Below are positions 52,260-64,000 of a stretch of 64,000 nucleotides of DNA, one piece after another (position 1 is the first letter of the stretch; each line of letters starts with the position of its first letter). Position numbers and translations under genes: made by a program. The DNA is taken from contig CAWGMQ010000003.1 in assembly GCA_963823665.1 (NCBI GenBank), positions 1,152,001-1,216,000 on the forward strand, written 5' to 3'. The notes beneath the pieces are model-generated. The model was given only the letters and a program-made list of their open reading frames with translations, did not search any database and was not told where the DNA came from. This DNA comes from an uncultured Planctomycetota bacterium (GTDB lineage: Bacteria > Planctomycetota > Planctomycetia > Isosphaerales > Isosphaeraceae).

Positions 52260-55200
52260 CTACTTCCGGTGCTCCTTCGCGGGCTTCTTGAACACCCGAT
52301 GAATCACCCTCGCACGCGCGTGGTGCTTGGGTGACTTGGTGACTACCGCTGCGCCCGAGCCATTCGCACCCGCCCAGGTCGGGCCGGAAATCGTCACCGT
52401 CACGCTCACTGTGTAGCGCCCGATCCTGGCATACGCATGACTGGCGTCCACAACGAACGTTCCGGCCCCTCCGGTGACGGCAGCCAGACTCGAATGCCCG
52501 TCCCCCCAGTTGATCGTCGCCACGAACTGCGAGGCGCTCGTTGTCATGTTGGCATCGGTGAAGCTCGCGACAGGTCCGGAAAACAAGATCTCTCGATTCA
52601 AGCTTAGCGCCGAGACGACCGCAGAAAGCACGTCGGGTTGTGGTCCTGTCTCCACCGTCACCACCGAGCTGAGCGCCGTCGCCCCTCCGGTTGACACAGC
52701 AGCAACGCAGTAACTGTACGTCGTCGAAAACGCAAGCTCCGTGTCGACAAAGTTTGTCGCGGTAACCCAAGGAGCAACAGCAGCCCAGTTCGCGCCGCTT
52801 GTGCTCCGCTCGACAATGTAATGGTTCGCCCCAAACGAGCCATTCCAGGAAAGGCCGATCTGATTCACACCCACCCGCTCCGCGAAAACGCCCGTAGGAG
52901 CCGCGAGCGCAGGAGGTGGTGGCGGCGGCGGGGGCGGAGGTGGCGGCGGGGGAGGCGGCGGCGGTAGCGGCGGCGGATCTGATCCAGTGCTCACATCAAG
53001 ATTCGCGAGATTGAAAGGATTATAGGGCTGATTTTGGTAAGACTGCTGAGCAGCCTCCGGTGCAACGACGCTTCCGTTAACAACGCCCGCATACACCTGG
53101 CCGAAAGCTCCGGTTCCTGTGGTGACCGCCCCGCTCGATCCGATCTCTTCGACCGTGTTTGCCTGCACCGTGACGACGTTCTCAGCCGGATCGACAAAAA
53201 TCGGCGAATCGGAGCCGTTGACTGTGTCGACCGCGCCCAGCGTCCAGGCGAAGCGCGGGCTGCCGTATGGGCCCGGAGCCTGCGCGCTCCAGCCGCTTCC
53301 AATCGTCACCGGCGGAGGCGAGGACGTCGCTGCGGGATTATTTCCGAAAGTTGGATACGACGTCGACCAGGCGTTCAAGAATGCCGCGTCGTATTCGAAG
53401 ACGTTTCCGGTGACTGCCGCGCTCACGAACACGCGGCCAGTTTCCGAGCTGCTCTCGACAAGTGCTTCCCAGTAATTCAGAAAGTGCTGCACGCCGACGA
53501 CAATCCCACCCACAAAGTCCCGGATCGTGTTACCTTGCACCACCGTCCCCAGGTCCGGAAGCGCCGTCCAGCCCTCCGGAAGCGGAAACGCCCCCGTGCC
53601 GGAAGCCGCCGAAAGGACGAGCGACGTCACCGAGATGGCGGTCTGCGTGTAGACAGGGCTGCCGCTTGATCCGCCAACAAAGTCGTTGCCCGTGACCTGC
53701 GTACCGTAGTCCGCCCCATTCAGAACCAGTCCAATAGACGACTTGCCCGCCAGGTCGATCTGATTCTTTTCAAAAGAATTATTCACAAAACCACTTGTCA
53801 CTTCGACGATGTAGTATCCGCCGGCCGGCGCGGGGGGCAACGGATCTTCCATGAGCAGCTCGATCGTGTTGTTCGCGCTCAAGCTCACTTGCAGAGCCAC
53901 GCGAAACCACTGGCCGGCTGGGCTCGAATCGCTCACGCCGCCGGGCCCTGCTTCGCCAAGAATCGAGACGACGAGTCCTGGCCCCGTCGAGCCGGCGGCG
54001 ACCCACGCCCTCACGTCGGGCAAGACGAGCAGCCGGCCGTCAGCCGAGGTCGCGCCGGGCCTTCCCTCGAACAAGACACCATAAGAGGCTCTCGGCCAGC
54101 ATGACCTCCGGATCGTTGATGCCGGCAAACCCTCCGCTCGAGACCGAGTAGGTAACCTCGTTGCCGGTCGCCCCGGCGCCACCGCCGAATGTGTTGCTCT
54201 GGATGACGTTGTCGTAGCCAGAGACCGCCAGCGCGACAAGCCGGAACTCTCGTCCTGACGGGTCGGACTGTGTGACCGTGTTCCCCTCGATCGTCACGTC
54301 GTGCGCCGAGTGGAGCGCAAAAGCAGCCGCCGAGTACGTCTCGGGCATCGACCCGCTGACCTTGTTCCCGCTGATCGTCCACGGCCCGCCGTACAGCTCG
54401 ATCGATCCTCCCTGAAAACTCGAGTTCGAGATCGTGCCGGTGTCGAGGTCATTGGTTCGCACCAGGTCGATGGCCAGCTCACCCGCATAGACAGCGCCCG
54501 AGCCCACACTTTCGCCCGCCTGTGACGAGAGCGTGGCAAATGACGAACCGTCAAAAGCAGGCGGGCCATCGATCTGCATGCTGTCGAGGACAAGCGATGT
54601 CAGGTTCAGATTGGTGTTGGAGTCTCGCGTATCGATCACCGCGTGCACGATTCCGGCGGGGTTGTTTTCGGGATCAAAAAGCGCCGGCCCGGCCCCGACA
54701 GGGTTGCTCCAACGAATCGGATCGCTCATGTCGAATGCGATGGTGAAGCCCGACAGTGTGAGCTGGATGTTTGTATAAGCCGGTGCATTCACGTAGATGG
54801 CTCCGGACGCGCTCGCCGGCCACGGCGCGCTCGAGCCCTGCTGAAAGAGCAAGGTCGAGTTGTTGCCGATGATCGCAACCGAATGAGTGATCTCCAGCGG
54901 CTGCGTCACGATGATCGTCGTGTTCGCCGGCAGATCGATCGTGTCGTATTCCGGGCTGGTGGAAGCAAGCAAGGCTCGAAGCTCGGCCTCGGTCGAGGGT
55001 GCCGGGCTGGGAGCCGGTTGGCTGTTCAAGGAATTCGCCCGCGCTGATACGTTCCAGTCGCCCCCCGCGAACGTGGTCGTGTAAACGCTGGACACACCGG
55101 GCACGAGAGTCAGCAACGTCATATCGGGTGAACTCGAGCCGCTCGGAGGCGCCTCATCTCGTCCGGGAGGAAAGTACAGATCGACCACGTTGTTTGTGCC

Positions 55201-55944
55201 CGTCCTGAGCGAAGCGTACACATGGTTGTGCCCCACCGTGGCGGCCGTGCTGTCCCAGGCGAGACCCGCTTGATCACCGAGCTCCCAGACCACCTGACTG
55301 AATGTCGACTGATCGAATGCTAGACCGCTCGTCGCCGTGGCCACCAGATGCACAAACCCTTGCTCGTAATACTGACCCGTTCCGTCCTGACCCAGGTCGA
55401 CCACTTGGATTGCATTCACAACGTTGGCGGGCACAGCCGGCTCTGGCATGGGATCCGTAGCGGAAACCAGGCCCGATACCGGGACAGTCACCGTCTCGGG
55501 ATCGAGCTGTGCTTGGTAGTCAATCGTCACTGTCAGGTTCATGCCGTTCGAGAGCGAAATCAGTCTCCCCGTCGAACCGCCCAGCGGCAGAGTGCCGCCT
55601 GGGGAAGGAAGGTCGCTTCTGACCTGGGGGTTCAAATAGAGGTCACCGGCTCCCGCGCTGGATGAAGGAAAATACTCGGCGAGGGCCGCCCCGGTGGGGT
55701 CCGGAGCGGTCGCCCACTCGAATCCTCCCGCGGCCTGGACGCCAATCTGCTCCACCGTGCCGGCCAGACCCGTGATGTGGAGATGGAGATCCTGGATCCC
55801 GTCGGGCCCCTGCGATGCATCTGGCCCAACAAGGTCCACGCCGTCTTGTCCCAGCGAACTCACGTTCGCTAGAAGTCTGCGCGATTCAAGGCACGTGATT
55901 CTTGGAAGGAACCGGCGCCTAAATCCAGGTGTCACACGGGCCAT
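52260..55944 (-). CDS. Large secreted protein: LExRxLL leader, beta-helix region, poly-Pro linker, FN3 and PKD-like domains; one frameshift near 54088
   Basis: CLESRRLLA; I.GN turns; poly-Pro; LSW...Y.VERS...Y.Y.V.A; ATINWGDG. ORFs 54040-55944 and 52260-54239 join at AES/ASYGV. Confidence 0.8.
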
Positions 55945-56179
55945 CGGAGATCTTCGTGGTTCGCGGGTGCACGTCCGTGCGAGACGGGTCCGACGAATCC
56001 TTCCGAAGAACTCTAGGTTGGAACTTGAATCTTTCTCCCAGAATCCGGGAGGGATCTACTGATTACAAGGCGATTATTCCCGAATGCGTTCTGGAACAAT
56101 CGTTGCAATCGGAATGGGCCTCAAGGTCGTGCCAGACCAGCACCTGGCCAGACGATCACGACAGGCCCACAGGCGCAAT

Positions 56180-57670
56180 CTAAGGCCGGGATTGCGCCTT
56201 CCGATTCCGCGCCAGCCGGCTTGGGGTCGCCCGCAGTTTCGCGCCCAGAAGCGCCATCTCGCGCGGCAAGTGGCGCGAGCCGGCCAGCAGAACGCTTCCG
56301 GCGATGAGAAGCGCGGGCACGACGACGAGCATCGCAGCCGTCAAGTTCTGGGGGTCGAGGCCCGGCCGGGCCGCCGGTTGAGCTCCGAGCCTTTCGAGTG
56401 CCTGTCCAAATCCGGTGGCCATGGCGTCCCTCTGGCCGAACGTGTCGGCCACCCAGCCCATCAGAGTCGGCGACCAGATGGCTCCCAGAAGATTGACGGC
56501 CGCGAGGGCGACCCCGCAGCCGACGCCGCGCATGTTGGGCATCGTCACGCTCGAGATGATGGTGTAACAGGGCACGATGTTCAGGAACGTCGCGCCAATG
56601 GCCAGCGTCAACCCCCCGAAAATCGATGGCGCCCAGAGTGAATAGACCGCGACCAGAACGCACAAGATCGCGCCGAACATCGCTACCCCGGGAACGATGA
56701 AGAGTGCACGGACATTCCGCCGCGACGACCACCCCGCGAGCAGTCCTCCTGCCAGCGTCCCCACGATCGCCGCACCCAGAAAGCTGATCCCCAGCGTGGG
56801 ATCGACCAGGGCGTCCGGCAGACCCTTGGCCACCGTCAGGAAGGCCCGCGACCAGTACATGAGCCCAGCGAGCGCGAACGACGAAAACGTGATGCCAAAG
56901 AGTGAATATGTGTATGACGAGTTGACCATCAAGTCCGTGTAGTCCTCGGCGCTGGCACCAACCTTTTCGTGGAGCCGAACCCGCTCGATGTCGACTCCCT
57001 CGCTCAATCCACGCGTCGGGTCGGGGAAAACCAGCGCCACCAGTGCCAGCAGCAAGCCCGGCGCCCCTGTGACCAGGAACGCCAACTGCCAGTTCGTCTG
57101 GCTCGCAAGCGCTGCACCAAAGCTGAGCGCCAGCGCCGCTCCCGCCGGAACGGCCAGGAAATAAACGCACAGGGCGCGCGGGCGTCGAGTGCGAGGAAAC
57201 AGGTCCATGATGAGCGCGAGCCCGATCACGGCCGAGATCGCACTGCCGACACCGACCAGCACACGCGCCGCCAGCAACTGCTCGTTCGTACGCCCTAGCC
57301 CGGTCGAAACCGTTGCCAGGCTCCAGAGCGCAAACCCCAGCGCCAGCAATCTCGGCCTTCTGAACCGGTCGACCACATAGCCGATCAGCGGGCTTGAAAT
57401 CGCCAGGGAAAGCAGCACCACCGTTGGCAGCCAGCCAGCTTGGCTATCGGAGAGATCAAGCTTGGAACGCATCTCGGGCAAGACCGCAGCAAGCAGCCAG
57501 TGATCAGCGGAATCGAGCAAGTTCATCGTACTGACGAGGACCAGAACACCCCAGGCCCAACGCGGCGCACCAGGAGCCACCGCTGGCGAATCTCCAGCGT
57601 CGGTTGCCTCACGGGCCCGTCTTGCGTCCAGAGGCGCTGGGTCAAATCCGGAAGCCTCGCTGACTCGATC
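56180..57670 (-). CDS. Spinster-like MFS transporter, start uncertain
   Basis: MNLLDSAD, GYVVDRFRR, DLFP...R, about 12 TM segments. Confidence 0.88.
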   Translation of the reverse strand, partial: DRVSEASGFDPAPLDARRAREATDAGDSPAVAPGAPRWAWGVLVLVSTMNLLDSADHWLLAAVLPEMRSKLDLSDSQAGWLPTVVLLSLAISSPLIGYVVDRFRRPRLLALGFALWSLATVSTGLGRTNEQLLAARVLVGVGSAISAVIGLALIMDLFPRTRRPRALCVYFLAVPAGAALALSFGAALASQTNWQLAFLVTGAPGLLLALVALVFPDPTRGLSEGVDIERVRLHEKVGASAEDYTDLMVNSSYTYSLFGITFSSFALAGLMYWSRAFLTVAKGLPDALVDPTLGISFLGAAIVGTLAGGLLAGWSSRRNVRALFIVPGVAMFGAILCVLVAVYSLWAPSIFGGLTLAIGATFLNIVPCYTIISSVTMPNMRGVGCGVALAAVNLLGAIWSPTLMGWVADTFGQRDAMATGFGQALERLGAQPAARPGLDPQNLTAAMLVVVPALLIAGSVLLAGSRHLPREMALLGAKLRATPSRLARNRKAQSRP

Positions 57671-57867
57671 CACGACGATGCAGCTCCGAGAAGGCCGCTT
57701 CACACTCTCGAAATGGGCAATGAAAGCGATGTTACGCAGCCGGCGCGCGGCCCGTCCAGAGTCCAGTGCAGACGAGGTCGAGCAGCCACTACACCAGCGT
57801 GGCCGCCTCATGCGTGACGAAACCTGGCGATTCTCGAGCGCTCGCGCACTCGTCACTCACAAAATCG

Positions 57868-60145
57868 CTACCTCTGTGCCAGCCCCGATGGCACCCGCTT
57901 CCGGTGAAGCACGCGATACTCCTGCGCAAATTCGGTCACTTCGAGCGCCTGGTCCGCGGCGATGTCATGAAAGACCTGGGTCGTGCCCGAGGTCGGCCAG
58001 TGAATCTCCACGAGCGCGACCTTCTCCGCCTTCGCCAGGCCGATGTGTTGCTCGAGCGGATTGGCTCCCCAGCTACTGCCGGAGGTCACGTGCCGGTACA
58101 CCGAGAGCGGGTGATCGCCGCTGGTCACCACCTTGATCCGCGCCGAGCGCCGCGCGATTCGTCTTCACACCCTTTAGCTTGAGCGACAGCCAGTGATTCC
58201 CCTGACCGGGATTCTCGAAGAGTATATCGTGGTACCGGTCACCTGGGCTGGCACCGCCCATCTCGATGAAAATGTCAAGGTCGCCGTCGCGGTCCCAGTC
58301 GGCACACGAGACACCGTGGCCTTTCTGAAGATGGCCGGTTCCAGAGGAAGCCGTGATCTCGGCAAACCGACGGCCGTCCACATTCTTGAACATGCGATTG
58401 GGAACCACGATGCCTAGGTCCGGCGCTCCCGTGCCCAGATAGAAGTCAAGCCACCCATCATTGTCGAAATCGCCGAAATTGCATCCCATCGTCGCGAACA
58501 CCAGGTCGAGCCCCGCCTCCTTCGTCTTGTTCTCGAATCTCTGCCCGTGCACATTGTGCCACAGCCGGTTCGAGGCACGCCTGTGCGGCTTGCCCGACAT
58601 CCCGTTTACCACGTCGCTCGTCGAGTGGTCGAAGCTGGTGGCGAACAGATCGAGCCATCCATCGTTGTCGTAGTCCCACGCCCAGCAAGAAAACCCGACC
58701 ATCGGTCCGTCGATCCCCATCGACTCGGTAATATCTTTAAACGTGCCGTTCCGGTTGTTGTGATAGAGCTTCGGGGTGCTGTTCAAGCGGTCGACAAACA
58801 GATCAGGGAAATCGTCGTTGTCGTAGTCAATCCAGTTTGCTCCTTTGCAATACGACCCGGGGTCGCCTTGCACGCCCAGCTTCGAGGCCACTTCCTTGAA
58901 CGTTCCATCGCCTCGGTTGTGATACAGCCGGCTCGGTTGCTGTTCGCAGATGATGTACACGTCGATCCAGCCGTCGTTATCGTAGTCCGCCCAGCTCGAG
59001 TTGGTGGAATTGAGTCCGTCTCGAAACCCCGACGATTCGGTCATGTCGCTGAACGTGCCGTCGCCGTTGTTTCGCAACAGGCTTTGGCGGATCGGGCTGC
59101 GCAGCCACGCACCGCGCGAAATGAAAAGATCCATTTGGCCGTCATTGTTGAAATCAGTCTGAACCAGGTTCTTCCCGCCAAGCTGCGCGGAAAGGCCCGC
59201 CGACGCCGTCACGTCCTGGAAAGTCCCGTCGCCCTGGTTATGGTAAAACGCCATCGGCACCGTCGCGTCAAACGAAGTCGTCGCCAGATCGAGCAAGCCA
59301 TCATTATCAAAGTCTTCCATCACGGCCCCGCCCGCCATGTTGAATCGGTCAACCTTGGCCGCGTGGCCGACATCCCGAAACTTGCCGATGTTGAACTCGG
59401 ACCGGAGAAATGGCTCGATCGAGATCAGATGCCTGGGATCGACCTTGTCCGGATACTCGCCCACCGTCATGTGCGCCAGATTAAGCAGCCACCGCACGTC
59501 GCCGTCATCCGGGAATCGCTCCAGATACTCCGTGAAATGGCCGATCGCAAGCCGGGAGCCCGTCTCGTCCGTGTGTACAGCCGCCGCCGCGATTGGCAGA
59601 ATGCACGAGCTCTCGCCCCGGCACATCACGCAGTTGTCCGTCTCACCGCGCCGCAGTGCACTCACTCCCTGTATATAAATAAGCGTGTATGTCGCGAGTT
59701 CCGCCAGCATATCGTCTTTCTCGGCGATCGCCCGCGCTTCTGCCGCCACCTCGTAAGCACGCTTCGGCTCTCCTTCGAAATGGAGCAAGAACGCCTTGTC
59801 TGCCATCAATTTCATTCGTTGCACGCCGGGCAGCCCCGGCCCCGCCAGCTCCGAGTCGATCTCCCCGATGCGCCGCGCGGGAGTTTCTCGCCAGATGTCG
59901 GCAATCGCCGCCAGCGTCTCGTCGCGCTTCCACTTCGGTAGACTGTCCACGAACGTCGTGAAGCCACTGGTATCCAGCCCAGCCCCCCGCCGCTGGTATC
60001 TCAAATCGCGAGCCGTGGCGGGCCGCGCATGCAGACCGTGCGAGGAGCGCACCAGCACGAATAACCCAATGCCCATCGCCACCGCCACGCATGCCAGTAT
60101 TCCCAGCACCACGCGTTTCGAGGATGGACTACGCGACGCTCTCAT
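57868..60145 (-). CDS. CRTAC1/ASPIC-UnbV family FG-GAP repeat protein, one frameshift near 58141
   Basis: Repeated D(F/Y)DNDG..D and N.GDGTF; C-terminal NRAALG...HIGL...IHWP (UnbV) in ORF 57868-58131. Confidence 0.9.
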
Positions 60146-60436
60146 GTTGATTCCCCGCAACAATGTGGTGCTGTAAACCCGAGGTCGGCCAGTTGACCTG
60201 CACACTTCGTGATGCGGTCCAGCCGGCTTCGCCCAACGCGCGCAAAACTCACCCTCGCCGCAACGCAACCCCAGCGCCGGTCAGAACTAAGGAATTCGTA
60301 TTCAAGTGCAAAAAGCGTACAAATGGGCGCGAAGGTTTGAAAATCGCCCTTTCGAAACCCAGTTGGCCCGATCAGGCGCGCACGACCCCTAATTAGTTAG
60401 TGCGTCGCCAAACGAGCCTTCGGCCCGGCATTTCGC

Positions 60437-63400
60437 TCACTTCGGATTTCTTAACGTTTCGAGATAGGCGATCAGGTCGGCGAAATCCTGCGGGCTCAAT
60501 CCCTGCGCCAGCCCGTTGGGCATCACAGAGACTTCGCTCCGCTTCCGATCCTCGACCAATGACTTCGCGACCCGGATCGTCTTGGCATCAGCGTCCTGGA
60601 TTTCGACCGAGTCGGCCGTCTCGTTACGCACGATTCCCGTGAGCACGCGCCCGTCCGCCAGCGCCAGGGTGCTCGGCTCGTAGCCCGAGGAGATCTTGGC
60701 AGACGGGAACAGGACCGAGGCAATCAGCTCGTCGCGCGGATACTTCGCACCCACGCTCGACAGCTCGGGACCGACCGTCCCTCCTCCTTCCTTGCCGACC
60801 GAGTGGCACTTGATGCACGCCAGGCCTTTCAAGTCGCTGAAGAGACTCCGCCCGCGCGTGGCACTCCCCTGCCCTTTTAAAGCCATCGAGCGATAAGCCT
60901 CCGGGTTGAAGGTCTCTCGCGCCGGAGCTTTCAAAAACGCATGTTCGACCGCGCTCGTCACGGCAACCGCGAATTGCCAGCCGCCCCCTCGATTGCCGCA
61001 CCGAATCACCACGCGATTCGCCCCGCGCACAATCGGCACATCGAATCGGGCCTGCTCGTGCTCGAACCCGCGGCGATCCGCGAAGTCGTACACTTTCTTG
61101 CCGTTGAGCCACACCGTCAGTGTGTCGTCCGAGCCGACCACCATCTGGGCATTGCGTTCGATCGGGCTCTCGAATGTGGCCAGCGCGAACGCCGCTCGAT
61201 CATCGTCATGGGTAAGAAACCGTCCCAGATCGATTTGCCCCCGCGAATCGACGGCCTCCGCCGAACGCCAGCTCACTCGCCTCCCCTCGAACCCGCTCCA
61301 GCTCGCCTTGACGTCAATCGGCTTCTCCACATCAAAGCCCGGCCCCTGATCAAATGCGAATGGACCAAGCACATGCCACTTCATCACCGGCTCGAGCCCG
61401 GTATAAATCAAACGTAGCTCAGGCATCGCTTCCGCCGGCAGCTCATGCCGGACCGCAAGCTGGTCGAGCACCGCAGCCGCTTGATCGCGAATGCTCTCGA
61501 TCGCCGCCGCCGAAGCCTTCCTCAAATCGGTGCTCTTGTCGGTCAATCCACGAAGGTAGACCTGCAACGCGCGGATATCCGGCAGCGCCGCCAGCGCCAG
61601 CGACGCCTCGAATCGCGATGCCGGCGTCTCCGCCGCCGTGATCAAGGATACAACGGCCTCGCGATCACCGAGCGAGCCGGCCGCGGCAATCGCCCGATTG
61701 CGAACCTCGACTGCCGCGTCGCTTCGGCAAGGCGCGATCGCCCGCGTCACCTCGTCACGGGTTCGATCGTTCTTCGCCGCGCCACGCGTGTTCGACACGA
61801 TCGCAACCAGAGCGTCGATCGACGCCGACTTCACCGCCGGCGATGCTTCCTTGAGTGTATCGACCAGCGGCTTGATCGCCGATGGATCCTTCAGCCGTCC
61901 AAGCGCAGCAATCACCCGCGGCTTCCGCTCGGCGCTGAAGCTCTTCTGCCCCAGCAGCCCCGCCAGCGCAATCGCCGCCTTCTTCGAGCCGATCATCTCC
62001 ACGGCCTCGAGCACAGCGTCGCGCAGCGGCTGCTCCGAGCGAGGATCACGCAGCGCCGCCGTCAGCAAGTCGAGCGCCTCGGTATCCGCCATCTTGCCCA
62101 GCCCCAGCACGATCGCTCGCTTCACGCTCGCGTCTCGCTCTTCCCGGAACCGCATGCGCAGAATGCCCCGTGAATCCCGGTTGTCGGTCTTGACCACAGC
62201 GTCGACCGCCGCCAATCGCACCCCGGCCGCACGATCAGTCAGAAGCTCGCGCAACGTGGCCATCACCCGCGGCGTACCCTCCCACGCAATCGTCTTGGCT
62301 GGCGGCTTCCGGCTCGCGGGCTGCGTCCCCCACCAGTGCCCGTCCCATGGAACCGCCTTGCGATGGACCTCGGCCAGGTAGGCAATAGCGAGACTTCGTT
62401 CCTCGAGAGATCGCTTCGACGACGACGCAAACGCGGCCAGCTCGCCCGCAGCGCGCACGTCATAGACTTGCTCCATCGCAAGCAAAACGCCGGCTCGAAT
62501 TCTCGGATCCCCCGAATCGAAGCCTTTGGCCGCAGCGCCCCAGTCGCCGATGCGCTTGAGCGCCTGACGAGCCGAATAGGCGAGGTACACATCACTCTCG
62601 GCCAGAACCGGCAGCAAGGCCGGAATCGCCTCCGCCTGCCCGATCCGCCCCAGCGCAATCGTCGCTTGCAGCTTGACGGCCGCATCCCGGTCTCGCAGCA
62701 GCCGCTCGAGCGCCTCGCGTGCCATCGCAAGGGGCACGCCTCGCTCGCCCAGCGCGCGCGCCGCCTGGGCGCGCAGGTCAGGTACCTCTGACTTGAGCAG
62801 CTCCGCGAGCGGGTACGTTGCCTCCGGCGTCGCGCCCGCCAGCGCATCCACAACCCACAGCAAGTGCCGTTTGGCGAGCGGCTCGGTCTTCGGGCTCCCG
62901 AGCGCCGCGGTCACGGAAACGAGTGCTTTCTTGCCCTGTCGCAGAAGCGCCGCTTGAGCCCGGATCCTCTCATGATAAGCCGGATGATCAAGCTGGCGAA
63001 TTTGCGCTTCGACCGGGTCGCCGTCCTGGCCGCGCGGACGAGTCTTGACGGCATCCGCTCCCGCAAACGTCACTGCATACACCCGCCCCAGCTTTTCGGT
63101 CTTGTTGCCCCAGCTTCCCAGCGACCAGTCGGCGATGTACATCGTTTTTCCGTCGTGGCTGAACGCCACGTCGAGCGGGCGAAAGCTATCCACCGATCCG
63201 GCCTCGACGAAGTCGATCTTCTCGGCAATCTTGAAGCTCGCACCTTGCGGCGCGAACCGGAACGCCCGCACAACTCGCTGGCCCCACTCGGCCCAGAAAA
63301 GGCAGCCGCGGTACTTTTCCGGCCAGACGTCGTCGCCGTAGAAATCGCCGCCGCACGGCGAGCCGCCGCCAAATTCGGCAATCCGCGGCAGCATGCGATC

Positions 63401-64000
63401 GGTCCGTGTGTGATAGTCGTGCGGATACCCGAAATAACCACCGTCGACGTGATAGGTCACCCGTGTCCACCACCCCAGGCCGTCGTCGGTGTTGTCGTAA
63501 GTAAAGAGGTTGTCGCGGTCGTCGAGGTTTGGCTCCAGATGGTTGCGTGTTCCCGTCGAATAGACCTCGAGCCCCGTGCCATCGAGCCGGCAGCGCAAGA
63601 CCCCGCCTCCCACCACCTGCGCAGTTCGCCCATCGGGCCCCGTGGCCTCGGGCACCCCTTTGTCGCCGACGGAGACATAAAGGTATCCATCGAGCCCGAT
63701 CTTGAGGCCCGAGACGATGTGGTCGTTGAAATCATTCGGTGTGCCCGCAGGCACGCCCATGTTGGTGAAGATCTCTTTGCGCTCGTCCGCTTTGCCGTCG
63801 CCGTCCTTGTCGCGCAGAACGGTGAGATTCGGCATGTTCATGACATAAAGTGCTCCGTCGTGCCACACCATGCCGAAGACCGCGTTCAGCTTGTCGGCGA
63901 AGACGACGGGGTCCTTGCCGTCACGAAAGAGCAGGATGCGGTCAATCGGCTTCGTGGCCGGTCCGACCTGGTCCATCGGATCTTCGCCCACAAACAGCGA
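60437..64000 (-). CDS. PVC-type heme-binding CxxCH protein (dehydrogenase-like propeller, HEAT repeats, cytochrome c), 5' partial
   Basis: D.DGDGKAD, GLDG.LY, GTRN; HEAT repeats; CIKCH...VGPELS...SVMP.GL. Confidence 0.92.
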   Translation of the reverse strand, partial: SLFVGEDPMDQVGPATKPIDRILLFRDGKDPVVFADKLNAVFGMVWHDGALYVMNMPNLTVLRDKDGDGKADERKEIFTNMGVPAGTPNDFNDHIVSGLKIGLDGYLYVSVGDKGVPEATGPDGRTAQVVGGGVLRCRLDGTGLEVYSTGTRNHLEPNLDDRDNLFTYDNTDDGLGWWTRVTYHVDGGYFGYPHDYHTRTDRMLPRIAEFGGGSPCGGDFYGDDVWPEKYRGCLFWAEWGQRVVRAFRFAPQGASFKIAEKIDFVEAGSVDSFRPLDVAFSHDGKTMYIADWSLGSWGNKTEKLGRVYAVTFAGADAVKTRPRGQDGDPVEAQIRQLDHPAYHERIRAQAALLRQGKKALVSVTAALGSPKTEPLAKRHLLWVVDALAGATPEATYPLAELLKSEVPDLRAQAARALGERGVPLAMAREALERLLRDRDAAVKLQATIALGRIGQAEAIPALLPVLAESDVYLAYSARQALKRIGDWGAAAKGFDSGDPRIRAGVLLAMEQVYDVRAAGELAAFASSSKRSLEERSLAIAYLAEVHRKAVPWDGHWWGTQPASRKPPAKTIAWEGTPRVMATLRELLTDRAAGVRLAAVDAVVKTDNRDSRGILRMRFREERDASVKRAIVLGLGKMADTEALDLLTAALRDPRSEQPLRDAVLEAVEMIGSKKAAIALAGLLGQKSFSAERKPRVIAALGRLKDPSAIKPLVDTLKEASPAVKSASIDALVAIVSNTRGAAKNDRTRDEVTRAIAPCRSDAAVEVRNRAIAAAGSLGDREAVVSLITAAETPASRFEASLALAALPDIRALQVYLRGLTDKSTDLRKASAAAIESIRDQAAAVLDQLAVRHELPAEAMPELRLIYTGLEPVMKWHVLGPFAFDQGPGFDVEKPIDVKASWSGFEGRRVSWRSAEAVDSRGQIDLGRFLTHDDDRAAFALATFESPIERNAQMVVGSDDTLTVWLNGKKVYDFADRRGFEHEQARFDVPIVRGANRVVIRCGNRGGGWQFAVAVTSAVEHAFLKAPARETFNPEAYRSMALKGQGSATRGRSLFSDLKGLACIKCHSVGKEGGGTVGPELSSVGAKYPRDELIASVLFPSAKISSGYEPSTLALADGRVLTGIVRNETADSVEIQDADAKTIRVAKSLVEDRKRSEVSVMPNGLAQGLSPQDFADLIAYLETLRNPK

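Noticed and set aside
52914..52976. GGC/GGN microsatellite as a phase-variation tract
   Set aside because: It encodes a poly-proline linker with mixed codons.

Overview
High-GC bacterial DNA that looks like a planctomycete, probably Isosphaeraceae. This is an inference from LExRxLL secreted proteins, an ECF sigma/Ser-Thr kinase pair, a PVC-type CxxCH protein and a CRTAC1/ASPIC protein. About 1-29 kb is an accessory region. It is punctuated by three co-oriented, 5'-truncated tRNA-Leu(CAA) copies, all broken at the same D-loop position; two of them share about 135 bp of extra flanking sequence. The segments between them carry giant secreted repeat proteins, two ECF sigma factors, a TPR kinase, toxin-antitoxin genes, a PD-(D/E)XK nuclease-like gene, nested group II intron remnants, two IS4-type elements with exact IRs and 10-bp target duplications, and REP-like arrays. 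No integrase is visible. About 29-64 kb is mostly core genome: a two-component cascade leading into an SctK-like/SctQ(FliN-type) pair, a GT-C glycosyltransferase, MFS transporters, a Wza-like gene, nagB-like, lpxI-lpxD, a HAD hydrolase, tsaD, an S41 protease, eda, mdh and secreted proteins. About nine genes carry a single frameshift, mostly at GCGC, which probably reflects sequencing errors linked to methylation rather than true pseudogenes. All family assignments come from motif recognition by eye, not database searches.
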